A DNA stretch of 11,541 bases from Candidatus Heimdallarchaeota archaeon (GTDB lineage: Archaea; Asgardarchaeota; Heimdallarchaeia; Heimdallarchaeales; Heimdallarchaeaceae): positions 1 through 11,541 of the forward strand of contig DXJF01000051.1 of the NCBI GenBank assembly GCA_019057375.1, in the 5' to 3' direction. Numbering within the stretch: the first letter of the stretch is position 1; every line of letters starts with the position of its first letter. The notes beneath the pieces were generated by a model. It did no database searches, had not been told where the DNA came from, and saw nothing but the letters and a program-made list of their open reading frames with translations. Positions 7,894 to 11,541 of this stretch are shown here, piece after piece. Both the position numbers and the translations under genes were made by a program.

Positions 7894-9144
7894 TTACCCC
7901 TTTAGTATCAACCTAATGTAGAGATCTATTTCTTCACCATTTTTGGTCAAACTTGTAACAAATAGAGTTTCATAATTCCTAATATCCTGTTCTTTCAGTG
8001 TTAGATTAAGTTCAACTTCCTCGGGATCTTTCTTATCAACCAACCAAAAAGAAGGTTCAAATTCAGGATCATGGCTATAACCTTTATTCTTAATGATTGA
8101 AAGAAGCATATCTAAAGTTATAGTGTCTGGAATTGTTATTTCCTCGATTATGGTTGCAGCTGAACCACATAAAGCACACTTTTTGTTAGGTGGCTTTTCT
8201 ATGTAAAAGAATTTACCAACCAAACCATTGTAAATAACATATTCCTTGTTTACTGTACCAAGTTTGATTCCTTTGGTATGATGGAGTATTTTAAGAGCTT
8301 CTTGTGATTGCAAAGAAGCTATTACTGCATTCATTGTAATTATTGTAGGATCATGCTGATCAACCATCTTTACGGCTTCGTCAATTGTAAAAATGCCTTT
8401 ATCTGGAAAATGCTCTTTAACTAAATTGTTAGAATAATCTAGAACAATATTCATTTCTTCTATGACTGTGGTATCAGGAATTCTGTTATGTTTTGATTCA
8501 AAAAATAACTGCCCTTTAAGCAGGCAGTGAGATCTTTTTCTGGGTATTCCAACCAAAGTACAAGCTGCCAAAGTTTCTCTTTCTCTCTCAATCTGAGGAT
8601 CACATTGAAGACAAGCATTCTCTCCTGGAGAGTAAGTGTAAACATGACCATAGTATGTTGCTGTTCCTCCATCAATCATAGGTTTCTTGAAATGAACAGC
8701 TCTACGATTTAATTCAGATCTTGCAGTAACTGAATCTAATCCAGAAATTATTAGATCAGCTGTTGCATATACTTCAGGATTAACATCTTCAAGATTTGAG
8801 TGATGCCAAATATATTTGCTAAAAGGATTAATTTTCTTTAAAGCTCTAGCTGAAACCTTGGATTTAGGTTCCCCCTCATCAGCATCTGAAAATAAAATTT
8901 GTCGATTAAGATTAGAGTATTCAATAATATCCAGATCTATCAAATGCAAAGTACCAACTCCTGCCATAGCCAGATTTTTAGCAATTTCTGTACCTAATCC
9001 TCCAATTCCAGCTATAACCACCTTGGAATCCTTCAAAGCTTTTTGATTCCATCCTGGTAATCTAAGTTGTCTATCTAGACGTTTTCTTTCTTCTTTAGAG
9101 AATGTTTCATTAAAAAAATTTGATTGTTGTGATTCGTTGCTCAT
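7894..9144 (-). CDS. Ubiquitin-like-protein activating enzyme E1 of eukaryotic Uba2/Uba3 type (ThiF adenylation domain, catalytic-Cys region, C-terminal ubiquitin-fold domain)
   Basis: GIGGLG nucleotide loop, DIIEYSNLNRQILF, GLDSVTAR, IDGGT, Zn ligands C178xxC181 and C323xxC326. AAC195TLVGIPRKRSHC207 parallels Uba3 PMCTIASMPRLPEHC. C-terminal NLTLKEQDIRNYETLFV resembles the UFD. SD GAGGAG lies at 9151-9156 on the minus strand. Confidence 0.93.
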   Translation of the reverse strand: MSNESQQSNFFNETFSKEERKRLDRQLRLPGWNQKALKDSKVVIAGIGGLGTEIAKNLAMAGVGTLHLIDLDIIEYSNLNRQILFSDADEGEPKSKVSARALKKINPFSKYIWHHSNLEDVNPEVYATADLIISGLDSVTARSELNRRAVHFKKPMIDGGTATYYGHVYTYSPGENACLQCDPQIERERETLAACTLVGIPRKRSHCLLKGQLFFESKHNRIPDTTVIEEMNIVLDYSNNLVKEHFPDKGIFTIDEAVKMVDQHDPTIITMNAVIASLQSQEALKILHHTKGIKLGTVNKEYVIYNGLVGKFFYIEKPPNKKCALCGSAATIIEEITIPDTITLDMLLSIIKNKGYSHDPEFEPSFWLVDKKDPEEVELNLTLKEQDIRNYETLFVTSLTKNGEEIDLYIRLILKG

Positions 9145-9178
9145 TGTATACTCCTCAATTATTACTCTACTTCTAGTA

Positions 9179-9234
9179 TGAAAAAATAATGATTGTTTGA
9201 AAAAATAATGGAATGAGAAAGAGAAATTCTTTCT
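9179..9234 (-). terminator. Candidate internal terminator or attenuator between Ubl and E1: a 7-bp hairpin followed by two identical oligo-T boxes
   Basis: AGAAAGA 9216-9222 pairs with TCTTTCT 9228-9234. A 13-bp direct repeat TGAAAAAATAATG lies at 9179-9191 and 9198-9210 (CATTATTTTTTCA on the coding strand). Confidence 0.45.
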
Positions 9235-9257
9235 TGGATATTGATTACTTCTTCTAT

Positions 9258-9617
9258 TTATCCTGCAGTTGATACAGGGATAAGTAGAATTGTATCTCCA
9301 TCTTCAACGCCATAATCATCTAAGATATCATCTGAATCACAGGTTCTTCCTGCGTGAGACAGATGAAATTCATCTGGAGGTAGTCCAAATATTTGACTAA
9401 CAGTATATTTGATGTCACCAATTGGTGCATCAGTGGCAACAACAAGTTTCTCTTGTTTTGGACTTGGTCCGATAGTGCTTTGGAAATAAACACTAATTTT
9501 CTTACTTCCAGGAGTCTTTGACTTTTCAGGTGTCTTTGAGATAATTTCTTCTTCCTCAACTTCCTCTTCTTCTTCATCAAAGGATAATTCTTCAAATTCT
9601 TCGCTCATAATAACCAT
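9258..9617 (-). CDS. Ubiquitin-like modifier with an acidic N-terminal extension and a C-terminal Ala-Gly
   Basis: Beta-grasp pattern KISVYF...DAPIGDIKYTVSQIFGLPPDEFHLSHAGRTCDSDDILDDYGVEDGDTILLIPVSTAG aligns by eye with ubiquitin/SUMO. Codons TCA ACT GCA GGA TAA. Lies directly upstream of the E1 on the same strand. The start may be ATG 9608. Confidence 0.88.
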   Translation of the reverse strand: MVIMSEEFEELSFDEEEEEVEEEEIISKTPEKSKTPGSKKISVYFQSTIGPSPKQEKLVVATDAPIGDIKYTVSQIFGLPPDEFHLSHAGRTCDSDDILDDYGVEDGDTILLIPVSTAG

Positions 9618-9864
9618 TCCTTGTTTATTACAGTTTATCCATATTGCATTTGACTATTAAAAAACTATTGCTTTTCGGTATAAAAAGCATTTTATTTAGA
9701 TTTTTGAAGAAAACAAATAGTAATATAAATAAGGAAAAAAGAGGTTATATATCTTGATTGATATCTAGAGTGATTCAGAACTGCTAAATATACAGATTTG
9801 AAGTTTTAGAATTTCTTGAAAACATATCTTTAGATGAAAGGCAAAATATGGATTTGACTTACAA

Positions 9865-10500
9865 ATGGCAAACAAAAAAAAGAAAAATAAGATTTCTTCC
9901 AAGATTCCAAAGCAAAAATATCCATATGAGTCTAAAATCCCCAAGGAGAAAATTCCAAAACAAAGATTAGATGATAGTGATCTAATTCCTCCGAAAAAAC
10001 AAAAAAGGAAAAAAGATAGTCAAATTCCTGCTCGAGCGCAATTACGAAGTACTTCAGAGAGGAAAAATAGTTCTCAAATTCCTAAACAGAAAATCCCTAA
10101 ATCGAAAATTCCTAGCCAAGATAAACTAAAAAAGACAAAAGAACCAAACTACATTCCAGTTGAGAAAACATCAAAAATTAAAGCAAAGAAGGAAGAAGCA
10201 ATTCCTAAAAGAGAAACTTTCAAAGATATCGAAGGCATGGAATCAAGAGCTATGGAGAAAAGGAAGAAAGAAAAAAAGGAAGAAACTCCTCCTTCAAGTG
10301 ATAAGGATAGATTCTCTGAAATCGAAGGTATGGAATCCCGACCACTTCCAAAGGAAGAAAAAAAGGAGAAAAAGGAGAGAAAGTCTCCAGCTGCTTCCCG
10401 AATAGAAGAAGTTGTACAAGAGAAAACTCCAAAGCAAAAAGTACCAACTCAAAAATACCCTAGTCAGACAAAGTTACCAAAGCAAAAGAAACCAAAATGA
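9865..10500 (+). CDS. Lys/Pro-rich, probably intrinsically disordered repeat protein
   Basis: Manual count: 54 Lys and 23 Pro in 211 aa; no Trp, Cys or His. Recurrent hydrophobic-P-x-x-K pentads (PKQK x4) and a duplicated F-x-[DE]-IEGMESR motif. Long ATG-started ORF in AT-rich DNA. Confidence 0.75.
   Translation: MANKKKKNKISSKIPKQKYPYESKIPKEKIPKQRLDDSDLIPPKKQKRKKDSQIPARAQLRSTSERKNSSQIPKQKIPKSKIPSQDKLKKTKEPNYIPVEKTSKIKAKKEEAIPKRETFKDIEGMESRAMEKRKKEKKEETPPSSDKDRFSEIEGMESRPLPKEEKKEKKERKSPAASRIEEVVQEKTPKQKVPTQKYPSQTKLPKQKKPK
10228..10337 (+). repeat. In-frame internal duplication encoding IEGMES (ATCGAAGG[C/T]ATGGAATC), 93 nt apart
   Basis: 16/17 nt identity between 10228-10244 and 10321-10337; the single difference is synonymous. 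Confidence 0.85.
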
Positions 10501-10544
10501 AAGGATAATGATCTTCTCTATACATAATTAATTTCTAGAATAAT

Positions 10545-11129
10545 TCATACAAACAGCATCAATAAGGCTGAATAGAAATACACCCCACCGAAAATCACAA
10601 GAAAGAGATTTTCAAGATAAAATACTGAAGTCAAGATATAAGTTGCAGGAATTATGAACATAAGTAAGAATCCAAAGAATTTTGGAGGAATACCTTTTTC
10701 GCTTGTTCCCTTGAGTCTGATGAAGGGGTATCGAATAAATGTTCTAAAAATCATGAAGTTGCTAAGTATATAATAAGGTAATAAAACAAAATCTACAGCA
10801 TTGATATAGAAAATATAGTCAAGACCTTCTGTAGATATTCCAGTTGAAACGATAAAAGGCTCGTAAATCAAAAATAATTTCTGAGTTAATATAATTAGAA
10901 CAGGAATTAGGGGAACCATTAGAACAAAAAACACTTCATTAAATGTTGCTTTGTGTCTCAAATAAAAGAAGCTTCTAAAAATTATAAATAAAGAGAGGAA
11001 AGCAAAAATTGCAGCAAAAATGTAAACTCTTCCGAGGAAATTGTTGTCTTCTATGAAATAATAAATTGAAACACCAACTAATGTTAGTGATAGTAGAAAT
11101 GCTGCAGATAGCTGTTTCCAAGTAGCCAT
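10545..11129 (-). CDS. Hypothetical polytopic membrane protein (~5-6 TM)
   Basis: Multiple hydrophobic segments. ATG 11129 (MATWKQLSAAFLL), preceded by AAAGGT, is more plausible than ATG 11222, whose 31-aa extension is Asn/Lys-rich and looks intergenic. Confidence 0.8.
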   Translation of the reverse strand: MATWKQLSAAFLLSLTLVGVSIYYFIEDNNFLGRVYIFAAIFAFLSLFIIFRSFFYLRHKATFNEVFFVLMVPLIPVLIILTQKLFLIYEPFIVSTGISTEGLDYIFYINAVDFVLLPYYILSNFMIFRTFIRYPFIRLKGTSEKGIPPKFFGFLLMFIIPATYILTSVFYLENLFLVIFGGVYFYSALLMLFV

Positions 11130-11265
11130 GATAATACCTTTCTTTCTATTTTCCAACTTGTTTATATTTTTTAAGTTATTAAACAATTGGCTACTCGAAT
11201 TATTATGATGTGATTTTGTCATATAGTCATAAAAAGCATAATATTAGGAACAAGTATTATTGGAG

Positions 11266-11273
11266 TTTAAATA
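11266..11273 (+). promoter_or_regulatory. Candidate TATA box for a leaderless tnpB transcript
   Basis: TTTAAATA sits at -30 to -23 relative to ATG 11296. Confidence 0.35.
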
Positions 11274-11295
11274 GGAAAATCTAGGGAAAGAAGTG

Positions 11296-11541
11296 ATGGG
11301 AGTAGTACCTAGAGCAGAAGTGATGGAAGTGAAACATCATCCAGTTCTGAGTAGACTGTGCCATCAAACAAAGAATCTCTACAATCGAGCAAATTACTTG
11401 CTGAAACAATCTAAACAACAGCAGGGTACAATCCTCTCGTATTATGAACTTGATAAGCAACTCAAAACTGAATCATGCTATCGACTCCTCCCAGCTCATA
11501 CTGCACAACATACACTTAAACTTCTATCAAGAAATTGGAAA
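11296..11541 (+). mobile_element. tnpB: IS200/IS605-family TnpB RNA-guided endonuclease, 5' part (truncated by the window edge)
   Basis: The frame from ATG 11296 reads MGVVPRAEVMEVKHHPVLSRLCHQTKNLYNRANYLLKQ...LSYYELDKQLKTESCYRLLPAHTAQHTLKLLSRNWK. This is the characteristic TnpB N-terminus (KNLYNxANY; LPxxxAQxxLKxLxxNWK). It is absent from the ORF track because there is no stop in the window. Confidence 0.9.

Noticed and set aside
6346-9595. Short ORFs 6346..6540, 7468..7707, 8460..8675, 8527..8712, 8816..9046 and 9320..9595
   Set aside because: They overlap the Zn-ribbon, csp, E1 or Ubl genes, and their composition reflects the real gene's codon bias.
7894-9617. Reading the pair as MoeB/ThiF plus a MoaD/ThiS/SAMP sulfur carrier
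   Set aside because: The E1 has the CT-x(4)-P-x(4)-HC catalytic motif and a UFD-like C-terminus. The small protein is ubiquitin/SUMO-like, lacks GG, and has no cofactor or tRNA-thiolation genes nearby.
10160-10447. ORFs 10160..10405 (+) and 10250..10447 (-)
   Set aside because: Shadows of the purine-rich low-complexity gene. The Phe/Leu/Ser richness of the antisense frame is the complement of Lys/Glu codons.
9865-10500. SUMO consensus (psi-K-x-E) sites as evidence that the basic protein is the Ubl substrate
   Set aside because: K-x-E occurrences are what a Lys/Glu-rich sequence would give by chance; no clear enrichment of large-hydrophobic-K-x-E.
11289-11326. 11-bp direct repeat AGAAGTGATGG (11289-11299 and 11316-11326) as a target-site duplication
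   Set aside because: IS200/IS605 elements do not make TSDs, and the second copy lies inside the tnpB coding frame. At most it marks an alternative start.
1-11541. CRISPR arrays, tRNA or rRNA genes
   Set aside because: No regularly spaced repeat-spacer units and no GC-rich structured RNA-like segment were seen.

Overview
AT-rich archaeal window, very likely from an Asgard archaeon (possibly Heimdallarchaeia; inferred from gene content only). Three eukaryotic-signature genes lie within about 3 kb. The first is a two-domain gelsolin with a WH2-like LRKT motif and a C-terminal KKWWQFWKR tail. The other two form a minus-strand pair: a ubiquitin-like protein (long acidic N-tail, ending Ser-Thr-Ala-Gly-stop instead of Gly-Gly) and a Uba2/Uba3-type E1 (catalytic-Cys motif, two CxxC pairs, C-terminal ubiquitin-fold domain). 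No E2, E3 or JAMM gene is in the window. Facing away from the Ubl is a Lys/Pro-rich disordered repeat protein. The window also holds an ATC-hydrolase-like protein, an 8-TM protein with four internal repeats, an alpha/beta hydrolase broken by a 14-bp tandem duplication, a TPR protein, a Zn-ribbon protein, a cold-shock protein, a second membrane protein, and the 5' end of an IS200/IS605 tnpB at the right edge. All assignments come from motif recognition by eye; no database searches were run.
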